Source of the DNA: Verrucomicrobiota bacterium
Lineage (GTDB): Bacteria > Verrucomicrobiota > Verrucomicrobiia > Limisphaerales > Palsa-1400
Length of the DNA stretch: 39,061 bases
Assembly (NCBI GenBank): GCA_049510745.1
Contig: JBEKYR010000046.1
Coordinates: 1 to 39,061, forward strand
Direction of reading: 5' to 3'
Shown here: one piece after another, positions 8,239 to 17,291 of the stretch
Position numbering within the stretch: the first letter of the stretch is position 1
Layout: each line of letters opens with the position of its first letter
The notes under the pieces: generated by a model
The model's database searches: none
What the model saw: the letters and a program-made list of their open reading frames with translations, nothing else
What the model was told of the DNA's origin: nothing
Made by a program: the position numbers and the translations under genes

Positions 8239-8246
8239 TCGTGGCA

Positions 8247-9386
8247 GTGAATAAACCCAAAGTCATCGACGTTTTTGCCGGAGTCGGCGGGCTGAGCCTC
8301 GGAGCGGCGCGAGCCGGTTTCACGGTGGCATTGGCGGTGGAACTCGACAAGCACGCTTTGGCGGCGCACAAAAGGAATTTTCCGAACGTCAAACATCTCC
8401 CGGCTGACGTCGCCACGCTCGACGGCGATAAACTGCTGGATCACGCTGGAATCAAGGCGGGAGAACTCGGTGGTCTTGTCGGCGGGCCCCCCTGTCAAGG
8501 ATTCAGCGTCATTGGCCATCGTCGCGTTGCCGACGCACGCAACAATCTCTTCCGGAAATTCTTTGCTTTGGTCGCGGAGTGCCGACCGAAATTCTTCCTG
8601 GCGGAAAATGTCCTAGGTATTCTCGACGAGCAATACGCAGACATCCGCGACGAGGCCTTTGGCTTGGTACCGCGGGACTATGTGCTGCTCGACGCCATGC
8701 GCTTCAAGGCGAGCGATTTTGGTGCGGCAACCAGCCGGGAGCGAGCGTTTTTCGTCGGCTATCGCGCCGATGCGGTTGGTCCGATTTCCGAATCCGATTT
8801 CGAGGCCGTGAAGGTAAAGCGAGCCGTGACTGTCGCGAGGGCGCTACGCGGATTGCCGCCGCGCGTTTATTCTACATGGCTGAGTGAGGAACAGGGCTGG
8901 CGCAGCGTCAGCACAATGCCGAAAAGCAATTTCTCTGAAAACATCGTCAACGGTATTCCTCAAGACATCGGCGACCCGGAGGCGATTCGGCGGTTTCGTG
9001 AGGAGCGCATGGTTTCGGGTTGTCTCGGAACGCGTCACTCGACCGGAGTGGCCGCTCGATATGCCCGACTAAAGCCCGGCGCGCAGGACAAAACGTCGAA
9101 AGCAATCCGCCTCAGAGCTGACGGCTTGTGTCCGACGTTGCGCGCGGGCACGGATGCAGAACGAGGCAGTTACCAAGCCGTGCGGCCAATCCATCCCACT
9201 GCAGCGCGCGTGATCACCCCGCGGGAAGCAGCCCGCTTGCAAGGCTTCCCCGATTGGTTTCAATTTGCCCCGTCCAAGTGGCACAGCTTCCGCCAAATCG
9301 GCAACAGCGTTAGTCCATTTGTGGCCGCAGCGGTGTTGTCTGTTCTCTTCTCAAAACTCCAAGATTATGAGTTTTCCACCCGTTAA
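8247..9386 (+). CDS. DNA (cytosine-5)-methyltransferase
   Basis: Motif I DVFAGVGG, IV GGPPCQGFS, VI ENV, VIII variant TSRER, IX ITPREAARLQGFP and X RQIGNSV. The start is probably GTG 8247 (or 8241), not 7905. Confidence 0.95.
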   Translation: MNKPKVIDVFAGVGGLSLGAARAGFTVALAVELDKHALAAHKRNFPNVKHLPADVATLDGDKLLDHAGIKAGELGGLVGGPPCQGFSVIGHRRVADARNNLFRKFFALVAECRPKFFLAENVLGILDEQYADIRDEAFGLVPRDYVLLDAMRFKASDFGAATSRERAFFVGYRADAVGPISESDFEAVKVKRAVTVARALRGLPPRVYSTWLSEEQGWRSVSTMPKSNFSENIVNGIPQDIGDPEAIRRFREERMVSGCLGTRHSTGVAARYARLKPGAQDKTSKAIRLRADGLCPTLRAGTDAERGSYQAVRPIHPTAARVITPREAARLQGFPDWFQFAPSKWHSFRQIGNSVSPFVAAAVLSVLFSKLQDYEFSTR

Positions 9387-10692
9387 AGCGTCACCTACAA
9401 AAAGATTGTTTCTCGAAGCACTCACGCGCGACCTCGAATTGGAGGACGCAGTTCATGATCTGGTGGACAATTCCATAGATGCCGCCAAGCGCACGACCGG
9501 AAAAGGTGCCTTTAGCGGCCTGTATGTGAAAATTAATTTCACCAAGGATCGATTTAAAATCAGCGACAACTGCGGCGGCATAGACCTGAAAACAGCGTCT
9601 GAAGTATTATTTCGACTTGGAAGACCAGCCTCGCGTAAAACGGTTGCGGGCGAAGTGGGTCGCTTTGGAATCGGTCTTAAACGTGCAATTTTCATGATGG
9701 GAAGAAATGCCTTGGTGGAATCCTCTACCGCCAACTCCCACTTTACTGTGCCGATATCCGTAAACGACTGGAAAAAGAATGACGACGGCGACTGGGACTT
9801 TGCATTCGATATTTACGAAGAAAACATTCCAGTTCAGAAAGAGAAAATCGGCACTCAGATTGAGGTTTGGAATCTTTACGCAGGTATTGCCAATGGATTT
9901 GCACAAGATGGTTTTGTAGGAGAATTGATTTCGAATCTTCAGAAGAAACACAAACCGGCGTTGGAAAAAGGAATGGCCATCGAAGTGCAAAACACATGGT
10001 TGACTTCTGAACCATATACAGTTAAGGCATCTGACTTTCTCAAACCCGCCATTCGACAGTTTGAAATTAAAGGGAATGCCGGGAAGCCGTCGGTGAGCAT
10101 TAAGTTAATCGCCGGCGTCGAGGAATCAAAGCCCGGCGAATCCGGTTGGTATATTTCGTGTAACGGACGATTTATTTTAGTGGCGGATAAGACTCCAAAG
10201 ACCGGATGGGGAGAAGTGGGTGACGTCAAGATCCCAAGAATGCACCATCAGTTCGCCCGTTTTCGCGGTTTTGCCTTTTTTGATTGCGACGACCCAGAGC
10301 GACTGCCTTGGAACAGTTCAAAAACGGGTGTGGATGTGGAATCACAGGTTTACGGCAAAGCTCGCCGAATTATGATCGAGACAACCCGACCTATTATTGA
10401 CCGTCTGAATGAACTTGATGCCGAATCTGATGCCGATGAGAGACCTCTCTTCGATGCTATCGAAACGGCAGACTCAAAAAGCGTCACTGCTCTTATTGCT
10501 GAATCTGCCGGCGATTCGAGCTTTCATTGGGTAGGCCGAACCGATCTCAATAAGCCAGAAAGGCCGGTGAGGATTTCATATACTCGACCTCTCAATAAGG
10601 TGCGCGAGGTCAGAGAGAAACTCGACGTCGAAGCCAATCGAGAAGCCGGAGAGGGCACTTTCGATTACTTTTATGAGCACGAAATCCGATAA
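9367..10692 (+). CDS. GHKL (MutL/MORC-type) ATPase
   Basis: Bergerat-fold motifs DLVDNSIDA, ISDNCGGI, GRFGIGLK and GTQIEV, then an S5-like region (GWYISCNGRFI...LPWNSSKTG). Overlaps the methyltransferase stop by 20 nt. AT-richer than the flanks. Confidence 0.88.
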   Translation: MSFPPVKASPTKRLFLEALTRDLELEDAVHDLVDNSIDAAKRTTGKGAFSGLYVKINFTKDRFKISDNCGGIDLKTASEVLFRLGRPASRKTVAGEVGRFGIGLKRAIFMMGRNALVESSTANSHFTVPISVNDWKKNDDGDWDFAFDIYEENIPVQKEKIGTQIEVWNLYAGIANGFAQDGFVGELISNLQKKHKPALEKGMAIEVQNTWLTSEPYTVKASDFLKPAIRQFEIKGNAGKPSVSIKLIAGVEESKPGESGWYISCNGRFILVADKTPKTGWGEVGDVKIPRMHHQFARFRGFAFFDCDDPERLPWNSSKTGVDVESQVYGKARRIMIETTRPIIDRLNELDAESDADERPLFDAIETADSKSVTALIAESAGDSSFHWVGRTDLNKPERPVRISYTRPLNKVREVREKLDVEANREAGEGTFDYFYEHEIR

Positions 10693-11677
10693 ACGACCAA
10701 GTTTTGAAGATGTCCATTACCTTCTCAGGCCCGCCAAAAATGTGCAGCGAAAAATGATCTGCGAGGCGCTTGCGCGGCTAGAATTTTTAAGGCCGTTATC
10801 TGAGTACCGCTACATAGGCTTCGGTGCTATTTATTTTGGTGATTTCTCACTTTTTCACCGGCGATTGGGAATAGATAAAATGACCACAATAGAAGGAAAT
10901 TTATCCGCGGAGGAACGAGTCCGGTTTAATAGGCCGTTTGATTGCATCAAAGTCGAAATGGGGCTGTCTACGGCCGTGCTGCCCAATCTTAATCTTGAGG
11001 GGCAACCTAATATAATATGGTTCGATTATGACGGTGTACTTAAGGATTACGTCAGAATTGATGTTCGGGCACTCGCAGCGTCCGCAGCGCCCTGTAGCGT
11101 AATAATTGTAACGCTAGATGCCCGATGGAAGGCTCTAGTCGAAACAGTGGAGTCTGTTGAAGCGCCAAACCCGGAAGAATATAAAGCGCTTCCCTTGCCT
11201 GAAAAGATCACTCAGCTAACAGGTGATAATCGCTTTTTGAAAGCAGACTTGGTTGGAGATAATCTTACCGAAACATATCGGCAGTCAATGCAGGCAGAAA
11301 TGGAAAACGGAATTTCCGAGCGCAATCGCGAATTGACTGAGAGCGGGAACACAAATCCGATTCATTTTAAGCAGTTATTTAATTTCAGGTATCAAGACCA
11401 GGCAGAAATGATGACGGTCGGGTGGCTAATCTACTCTGACGAGGACACTCCAAAAGTCAACGCGGCTCAATTCCACAAGATGGATTTTTACTGTGATGGC
11501 GAGAATTATTTCAGGATCAGAGCGCCGAAACTGACATTTCACGAGGTGAGGCAGTTGAACCGCTATTTACCGTGTGCTAATCCAACATCGATACCAGTTC
11601 CGGTTTCAGACGAATACAAAACCGATTACACAAAAATTTACCGATACTTTCCTTCTTTCGCAGAAGCTGATATCTAA
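10673..11677 (+). CDS. Putative SAM-dependent (O-)methyltransferase-like protein of unknown substrate
   Basis: Rossmann-like pattern YRYIGFGAIYFGDF, TTIE, IIWFDYDG and FRYQDQAEMMTVG; N-terminal YLLRPAKNVQRK and C-terminal YRYFPSF. Overlaps the ATPase stop by 20 nt. The fold call is from recall and was not computed. Confidence 0.7.
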   Translation: MSTKSDKRPSFEDVHYLLRPAKNVQRKMICEALARLEFLRPLSEYRYIGFGAIYFGDFSLFHRRLGIDKMTTIEGNLSAEERVRFNRPFDCIKVEMGLSTAVLPNLNLEGQPNIIWFDYDGVLKDYVRIDVRALAASAAPCSVIIVTLDARWKALVETVESVEAPNPEEYKALPLPEKITQLTGDNRFLKADLVGDNLTETYRQSMQAEMENGISERNRELTESGNTNPIHFKQLFNFRYQDQAEMMTVGWLIYSDEDTPKVNAAQFHKMDFYCDGENYFRIRAPKLTFHEVRQLNRYLPCANPTSIPVPVSDEYKTDYTKIYRYFPSFAEADI

Positions 11678-11684
11678 GCTCTCC

Positions 11685-12092
11685 GTGGATTTTCTTACCA
11701 AGCAACGACGATCATCCTTGATGTCGCGGATTCGGTCACATGGGAATGCCGCCACAGAACTTCGGTTCATACGCCTAGTGAAAAGTTCAGGCATTACTGG
11801 GTGGCGGCGACGGTATCGGATTCATGGAAGGCCGGATTTCGTCTTTTTGAAATTGCGAGTGGCTGTATTTGTTGATGGTTGTTTCTGGCACGGCTGCCCT
11901 CGCTGCTACAGGGAACCGAAAAGCAACCGCGCTTTCTGGCGGCGGAAGATCGCTGCCAATCGCAGGCGAGCTTTGATCGTCAACCGTGAGTTGCGAAAAT
12001 CCGGATGGCTGGTGCTGCGGGTTTGGCAGCACGAATTGAAGCGCAAGAACGAATCGCGGTTGCTGCGGCGAATCGAGAGGGCATTTAATTGA
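11685..12092 (+). CDS. vsr: Very-short-patch-repair endonuclease
   Basis: Motifs RSSLMSRIRSHGNAATE, GRPDFVF, VFVDGCFWHGCP, FWRRKI and GWLVLRVWQHE. GTG start 7 nt after the previous stop. Confidence 0.93.
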   Translation: MDFLTKQRRSSLMSRIRSHGNAATELRFIRLVKSSGITGWRRRYRIHGRPDFVFLKLRVAVFVDGCFWHGCPRCYREPKSNRAFWRRKIAANRRRALIVNRELRKSGWLVLRVWQHELKRKNESRLLRRIERAFN

Positions 12093-12141
12093 AATCACGC
12101 TTGCCGCGAGGCCGCGTCGAGTGCAATCCTGGTATCCCCAG

Positions 12142-12990
12142 ATGCCTGAGGACTGGTCACGAGAAGAAGTGGAAGCCACCGTGTCGGACTACTTCGACAT
12201 GCTGGCAAAGGAGCTTCGCGGCGAGGATTTCAACAAGGCCGAGCACAACCGCAACCTTCAGAGGTTTCTTGTGAACCGAACCCGGGGTGCGATTGAGAAA
12301 AAGCACCAAAATATCAGCGCCGTGTTGATCGAGCTCGGTTATCCGTACATTGACGGTTACAAGCCGCTCCGAAATTACCAAGAACTTCTCTCCGAAGTCG
12401 TTGAGGAACGTCTGGTCGGTGCCGTTGGCTTGCATCGAGCCGCTGCCGCCGCGGTCAAGCGGGCCGTGGAACGACCTCCCGTTGTCGGCGACGTGCTGGG
12501 AATCCTGGTCAACCCACCTCGCCAGGAGGAGGATAAACCGACGCTCTATGAGAGCGCGGCGCGCATTTGCAGGCCCGTGCGAAGAAACTATCTTGAGATT
12601 GAATCGCGGAATCAAACTTTGGGACTGGCCGGAGAAAAACTGATTTTGGAGTTTGAGCACAAGCGATTGTGGCAGGCCGGCAAGAAGGATTTGGCCGACC
12701 GAATCGAACACGTCGCCGCCACGGCAGGCGATCACTTGGGGTTTGATATTTTGTCTTTTGAGACGGACGGCCGTGAAAGGCCAATCGAAGTCAAAACGAC
12801 GCGGTTCGGGGCGCTGACTCCGTTCTTTGCGTCGAGGAATGAGGTTGATGTTTCCGAGGCCCGAGACGCCGAGTATCAGCTTTACCGTCTGTTCAATTTC
12901 ACTCAACAGCCGAAACTTTTCGTTCTGCCAGGCTCACTCCGTAAATCCTGCTCGCTCGATCCAACGCAATTTGCGGCGCTGCCTCGTTGA
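12142..12990 (+). CDS. DUF3883 (NOV-C)-type PD-(D/E)XK nuclease domain protein
   Basis: N-terminal domain DWSREEVEATVSDYF...KHQNISAVL...GYKP; C-terminal GLAGEKLILEFE, GFDILSF and IEVKTT. Confidence 0.82.
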   Translation: MPEDWSREEVEATVSDYFDMLAKELRGEDFNKAEHNRNLQRFLVNRTRGAIEKKHQNISAVLIELGYPYIDGYKPLRNYQELLSEVVEERLVGAVGLHRAAAAAVKRAVERPPVVGDVLGILVNPPRQEEDKPTLYESAARICRPVRRNYLEIESRNQTLGLAGEKLILEFEHKRLWQAGKKDLADRIEHVAATAGDHLGFDILSFETDGRERPIEVKTTRFGALTPFFASRNEVDVSEARDAEYQLYRLFNFTQQPKLFVLPGSLRKSCSLDPTQFAALPR

Positions 12991-13029
12991 GCATTCATTT
13001 TAGCGGAAAAAGTGTGCCATTTGAGCAAA

Positions 13030-13070
13030 GCGAGCGCCGGCGTCTGCCGGTGTTGCGCCTGCGGCTCGTA
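13030..13070. repeat. REP-like hairpin at the right edge of the island
   Basis: GCGCCGGC-gtct-GCCGGTGT stem with an outer CGAGC/GCTCG pair. Confidence 0.45.
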
Positions 13071-13116
13071 ACTGGTCGTTGCGTTGCGAGGGGCGGGCGG
13101 TGTAGTTTTGGGGGTG

Positions 13117-14064
13117 ATGGATATTGTCGAAAGACCGCCTGTTGCGCCGGATTCCTCTTTTTGGGAGGAGTTTGAGAGGTATTGGGCGCGGGTGCCGGAG
13201 AAGGGCTTCTTTCTGGGCTTGCTGGCGGGGTGGTGCGTGCTGTTTCAGTTTTTCGGGATCAGTTCGTTTAATTTCAATACGACCACGCCATCGCTGTTTG
13301 TCTGGATGTATCATGCCTGGAATACGACGGCGCTGGATTCGAGCCAGGGGAACTTGATTCCGCCGGTGGTGGCTGTTTTGTTGTGGGTGAAACGGAAGGA
13401 GTTGGCCGCTTCGATGGCCGGACCGTGGTGGCCGGGGCTGGCGCTGACGGGGCTGGCGTTGTTGTTGCATGTGTTCGGGTTTTTGGCGCAGCAGCCCCGG
13501 GTTTCGCTGGTGGCGGTGTTCCTGGGCCTTTATTGCCTGGTGGGATTGGCGTGGGGTTGGAGGATGATGAGGGCGAGTTTTTTCCCGTTTTTTTTGTTCG
13601 CTTTTTGCATGCCGCTGGGGACGTTTGTGGAGGGTCTGACGCTGCCGCTGCGGTTGCTGGCGACGCGGCTGACGGCCCTGGCGTGCGGTTTTTTGCTGGA
13701 CATCCCGGTGGTGCAGCATGGGACGGCGCTGTACGATCCGAGCGGGAAAATCAATTTTGACGTGGCGGCGGCGTGCAGCGGCATCCGGAGTTTTGTGGCG
13801 TTGCTGGCGGTGACGACGATTTTCGCGATGTTGACTTACAGGTCGGTATGGAAACGGGCGGGGATGATCGTGCTGACGATTCCGCTGGTGGTGTTTTGCA
13901 ACGTGGTGCGGTTGGTGGCGATTGTGCTGGCGACGCAGGCGTTTGACAAACAGGCCGGATGGTTTGTGCATGAGTGGTTTGGGTTCGTGACGTATCTGCT
14001 GGCCATCGGGTGTCTGCTGGCCGTGGGGCATTGGCTGAGAGAGGAACCCGGCCCGGCCGCATGA
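13117..14064 (+). CDS. Exosortase (EpsH/archaeosortase family)
   Basis: Polytopic membrane protein with catalytic-triad motifs VAAACSGIRS (Cys), NVVRL (Arg) and FVHEWFG (His). Confidence 0.92.
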   Translation: MDIVERPPVAPDSSFWEEFERYWARVPEKGFFLGLLAGWCVLFQFFGISSFNFNTTTPSLFVWMYHAWNTTALDSSQGNLIPPVVAVLLWVKRKELAASMAGPWWPGLALTGLALLLHVFGFLAQQPRVSLVAVFLGLYCLVGLAWGWRMMRASFFPFFLFAFCMPLGTFVEGLTLPLRLLATRLTALACGFLLDIPVVQHGTALYDPSGKINFDVAAACSGIRSFVALLAVTTIFAMLTYRSVWKRAGMIVLTIPLVVFCNVVRLVAIVLATQAFDKQAGWFVHEWFGFVTYLLAIGCLLAVGHWLREEPGPAA

Positions 14065-14828
14065 ACAGGAGCAAATGGGTGCTTTTTGGCGCGGCCTTGG
14101 GGATGATGGCGGCGGCGGCGGGGTACTTGGGGCAGATGGGCCACGTTCACCGGCTGGGAGCGCCGGGGGTGCGGGTGGGGCCGGTGGCGCTTTACGGCGA
14201 GCAGGGAGAGGTGGTGGCGCGAGAGAGTGTGCTGCTGCCGGAGAAGGTGCTGGGAGGAACGGGGACGAACCTGCCGATCACCGTGCCGGAGCTGACCACC
14301 CTGCCGAAGGACACGACGTTTGGGCGGCGGCTGTATCGGCTGCCGGACGGGTTCGAGGCGATGATCAACGTGGTGTTGATGGGCACGGACAGGACCAGCA
14401 TTCATCAGCCGCAATTTTGCCTGGTGGCGCAGGACTGGATCATTGATCGAACGGAACGGGTGCCGTTGCATATCGAGCGGCCGCATCCGTATGACGTTCC
14501 GGCGATGAAGTTGACGGCATCGACGCGGGTGCTGGATGAGCAGAACCAGCCGAAGATGGTGAGCGGGATTTACGTTTATTGGTTTGTGACGGCGGACAAG
14601 ATCACGGCGGAACAGGGGGCGCGAATGTGGTCGATTGCCAGGACGATGGTGGAGAAGGGGGAGTTGGAGAGGTGGGCGTATATTGCGTATTTTGCTTCTT
14701 GCCAACCGGGGCGGGAGGAGGCCACATTTGAGCGATTGGAACGATTCATCCGGGCCTCCGTGCCGGAGTTCCAAGTGGTGACGGGCAAGCCGTCCGGGCG
14801 GTCCGCGCCGGTCGCGGCCCGGCCATGA
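14061..14828 (+). CDS. Exosortase-associated EpsI-like protein
   Basis: N-terminal anchor, LPKDTTFGRRLY, SIHQPQFCLVAQDW and YVYWFV. ATGA overlap with the exosortase gene. Confidence 0.85.
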   Translation: MNRSKWVLFGAALGMMAAAAGYLGQMGHVHRLGAPGVRVGPVALYGEQGEVVARESVLLPEKVLGGTGTNLPITVPELTTLPKDTTFGRRLYRLPDGFEAMINVVLMGTDRTSIHQPQFCLVAQDWIIDRTERVPLHIERPHPYDVPAMKLTASTRVLDEQNQPKMVSGIYVYWFVTADKITAEQGARMWSIARTMVEKGELERWAYIAYFASCQPGREEATFERLERFIRASVPEFQVVTGKPSGRSAPVAARP

Positions 14829-14891
14829 AGCAGGAGCTCGCCAGCGGCATTGAAGCCCGAGTGCAGCCCAACGATTGTGAAATAAATCAAG

Positions 14892-16289
14892 ATGTTGCGT
14901 CGCGACCGCCAACTGCGCCTCCAGGTCTATCAATTCATTGATGGAGGCGTCTTCGCGCTGGGCCTGTGGCTGGCCCATCTGATCCGCTATCATTGGAAGG
15001 GGTTGCCGTTTTTGTCCCATGAGGTTGATCCGATCACGCCGTTTGTGCCGGATTATTTCTGGCTGTTTCTGGTGGTGATTCCGATGACGCCGCTGATTTT
15101 GGAATGGCAGGGTTTTTACGAGCGGCCGGTTTTTGCGCCGGTGCGGGAGATGTTGTGGCAATTGGGCAAGGCGTGCGCGATCTGCTCGGTGGGGCTGATC
15201 TTGATCCAGTTCATGTTAAGGCGGGAGGGGGCGCGCGGGGTGTTTGTGTTGTTCGGTTTTTGCAGTTTTGGGTTGATGTTCTTGAAGGAGGAATTGGTGC
15301 GTCTGGCTTACAAGAGCAAGCTGGGGCAGGCGCAATTCCGGCGGCGGGTGATTTTGGTGGGAACGGCCGAGGATACGCAGCGATTGCGGCTGGAGATCGG
15401 GCAGGAGATGCAGGAATTGGAGATTTGGGGGGAATTCGACTTGAACAAGACGTCGAGCGAGGAATTGGTGGCGTGCTTCCATGAACATTCGATCAACGCG
15501 GTGGTGATAGCGGCGCGGCACACGTTGTTCGGGCAGGTGGAGCAGGCGATTCACGCCTGCGAGGTGGAAGGGATAGAGATCTGGCTGCTGGCGGACTTTT
15601 TCAAGACCCAGGTTTCGCGCACCAGCGTGGACGATTTCCACGGGCGTCCGGTGCTGGTGTTTCACAGCGGGCCGGAGACGCCGATGCCGCGGCTGATCAA
15701 ACAGATCGTGGACCTGGTGGGGGGGCTGGTGTTGCTGGCTTTTTTTTCGCCGTTCATGGCGGTGGCGGCGGTGCTGATCAAAGCGACGTCGCCGGGGCCG
15801 GTCTTGTTCCGGCAGCAGCGGGCGGGGTTGAACGGGAAGCCGTTTGTCATGTATAAATTTCGGTCGATGGTGAGCGATGCGGAGCAGTTGCAGGGGGAGC
15901 TGGCCGCGTTGAACGAAATGTCCGGCCCGGTCTTCAAGGTGAGCCGCGATCCGCGGGTCACGCCGGTGGGGAGGGTGCTGCGCAAATTCAGCATTGACGA
16001 AACGCCGCAATTGTTCAATGTCCTGCGCTTTGAAATGAGCCTGGTCGGGCCGCGTCCGCTGCCGGTGCATGAGGTCAAGCGGTTCGATGACCTGGCCCAC
16101 CGGCGGCGTTTGAGCGTGCGGCCGGGCCTGACCTGCACGTGGCAGGTGTCGGGGCGGAGCGACGTGACGGATTTCAAGGAATGGGTGAGGATGGACCTGG
16201 AGTACATCGACCATTGGTCGCTGGGTCTGGACTGTAAAATTCTTTGGCGCACCATTTGGGTGGTGCTGCTGGGCAAGGGGGCGCGTTGA
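14892..16289 (+). CDS. Polyprenyl-phosphate glycosyl-1-phosphate transferase (WcaJ/WbaP-type priming transferase)
   Basis: N-terminal TM helices, then YKFRSM, DPRVTPVGRVLRKFSIDETPQLFNVL, MSLVGPRP, RPGLTCTWQVSGRS and DLEYI. Confidence 0.93.
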   Translation: MLRRDRQLRLQVYQFIDGGVFALGLWLAHLIRYHWKGLPFLSHEVDPITPFVPDYFWLFLVVIPMTPLILEWQGFYERPVFAPVREMLWQLGKACAICSVGLILIQFMLRREGARGVFVLFGFCSFGLMFLKEELVRLAYKSKLGQAQFRRRVILVGTAEDTQRLRLEIGQEMQELEIWGEFDLNKTSSEELVACFHEHSINAVVIAARHTLFGQVEQAIHACEVEGIEIWLLADFFKTQVSRTSVDDFHGRPVLVFHSGPETPMPRLIKQIVDLVGGLVLLAFFSPFMAVAAVLIKATSPGPVLFRQQRAGLNGKPFVMYKFRSMVSDAEQLQGELAALNEMSGPVFKVSRDPRVTPVGRVLRKFSIDETPQLFNVLRFEMSLVGPRPLPVHEVKRFDDLAHRRRLSVRPGLTCTWQVSGRSDVTDFKEWVRMDLEYIDHWSLGLDCKILWRTIWVVLLGKGAR

Positions 16290-16300
16290 ACGTCTGAATT

Positions 16301-17290
16301 ATGGCACAAAAAACCAGAAGCAAGGGCGGACAACCTGTCTCGGTCGTGACCGGCGGCGCGGGTTTCCTCGGCTCGCACCTGGTGGATCACCTGCTGGGGC
16401 AGGGCCACAAGGTGGTGGTGATAGATAATCTGGTGACGGGATCGGTGGACAACATCGCGCATCTGGCGGGCCGGGCCGATTTCAAGTTCATCCTGCAGGA
16501 CGTGACGGAGTTTCTGTTCCTGGAGATGGCGGTGGATTATGTGTGGCATTTTGCGTCGCCGGCCAGTCCGATAGATTATTTGGAGCTGCCGATCCAGACG
16601 CTGAAGGTGGGGTCGTTGGGGACGCACAAGGCGCTGGGCCTGGCCAAAGAGAAAGAGGCCCGGTTCCTGCTGGCATCGACCTCCGAGATATACGGCGATC
16701 CGCTGGTGCATCCGCAGCGGGAGGATTACTGGGGCAACGTCAACCCGATAGGACCGCGGGGCTGTTACGACGAATCCAAGAGGTTTGCCGAGGCGCTGAC
16801 GATGGCCTATCATCGGGAGCATCATGTTGACACGAGGATCGCGCGCATCTTCAACACTTATGGGCCGCGGATGCGCCTGCACGACGGGCGGGTGGTGCCC
16901 GCCTTTGTCAGCCAGGCGTTGCGCCAGCGGCCGCTGACGGTCTTTGGGCGGGGCAGCCAGACGCGCAGTTTTTGTTACTGCCAGGATTTGATCGACGGGA
17001 TATACCGATTGATGATGAGCCGGGGGAACGAGCCGGTCAATCTGGGCAATCCGACGGAACTGACGATGCTGGAATTTGCGCGGGAAATCATCCGCGTCAC
17101 CGGGTCGCGGAGCAGAATTGTCTTTAAACCGCTGCCGCAGGATGATCCGCGGCAGCGCCGGCCGGACATCAGCCGGGCCCGGGCGCTGTTGGGGTGGAGG
17201 CCGCGGACATCGTTAGGGGAAGGACTTGTCAAGACGATTGAGTACGTGCGGGGCAAAATCGGAAGGGAGAGGGGCGTTGGATTGCGGTAA
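16301..17290 (+). CDS. UDP-glucuronate decarboxylase (UDP-xylose synthase-like SDR)
   Basis: Motifs [57 protein letters not shown] and [11 protein letters not shown]. Confidence 0.92.
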   Translation: MAQKTRSKGGQPVSVVTGGAGFLGSHLVDHLLGQGHKVVVIDNLVTGSVDNIAHLAGRADFKFILQDVTEFLFLEMAVDYVWHFASPASPIDYLELPIQTLKVGSLGTHKALGLAKEKEARFLLASTSEIYGDPLVHPQREDYWGNVNPIGPRGCYDESKRFAEALTMAYHREHHVDTRIARIFNTYGPRMRLHDGRVVPAFVSQALRQRPLTVFGRGSQTRSFCYCQDLIDGIYRLMMSRGNEPVNLGNPTELTMLEFAREIIRVTGSRSRIVFKPLPQDDPRQRRPDISRARALLGWRPRTSLGEGLVKTIEYVRGKIGRERGVGLR

Positions 17291-17291
17291 A

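Noticed and set aside
7905..8246. 114-aa N-terminal extension of the methyltransferase in the ORF track
   Set aside because: It is the antisense of the vsr remnant. Motif I begins just after GTG 8247, and a promoter-like site lies inside the supposed extension.
7150..13080. Prophage, ICE or IS element as the carrier of the island
   Set aside because: No integrase, transposase, tRNA target or clear flanking direct repeat was found by eye.
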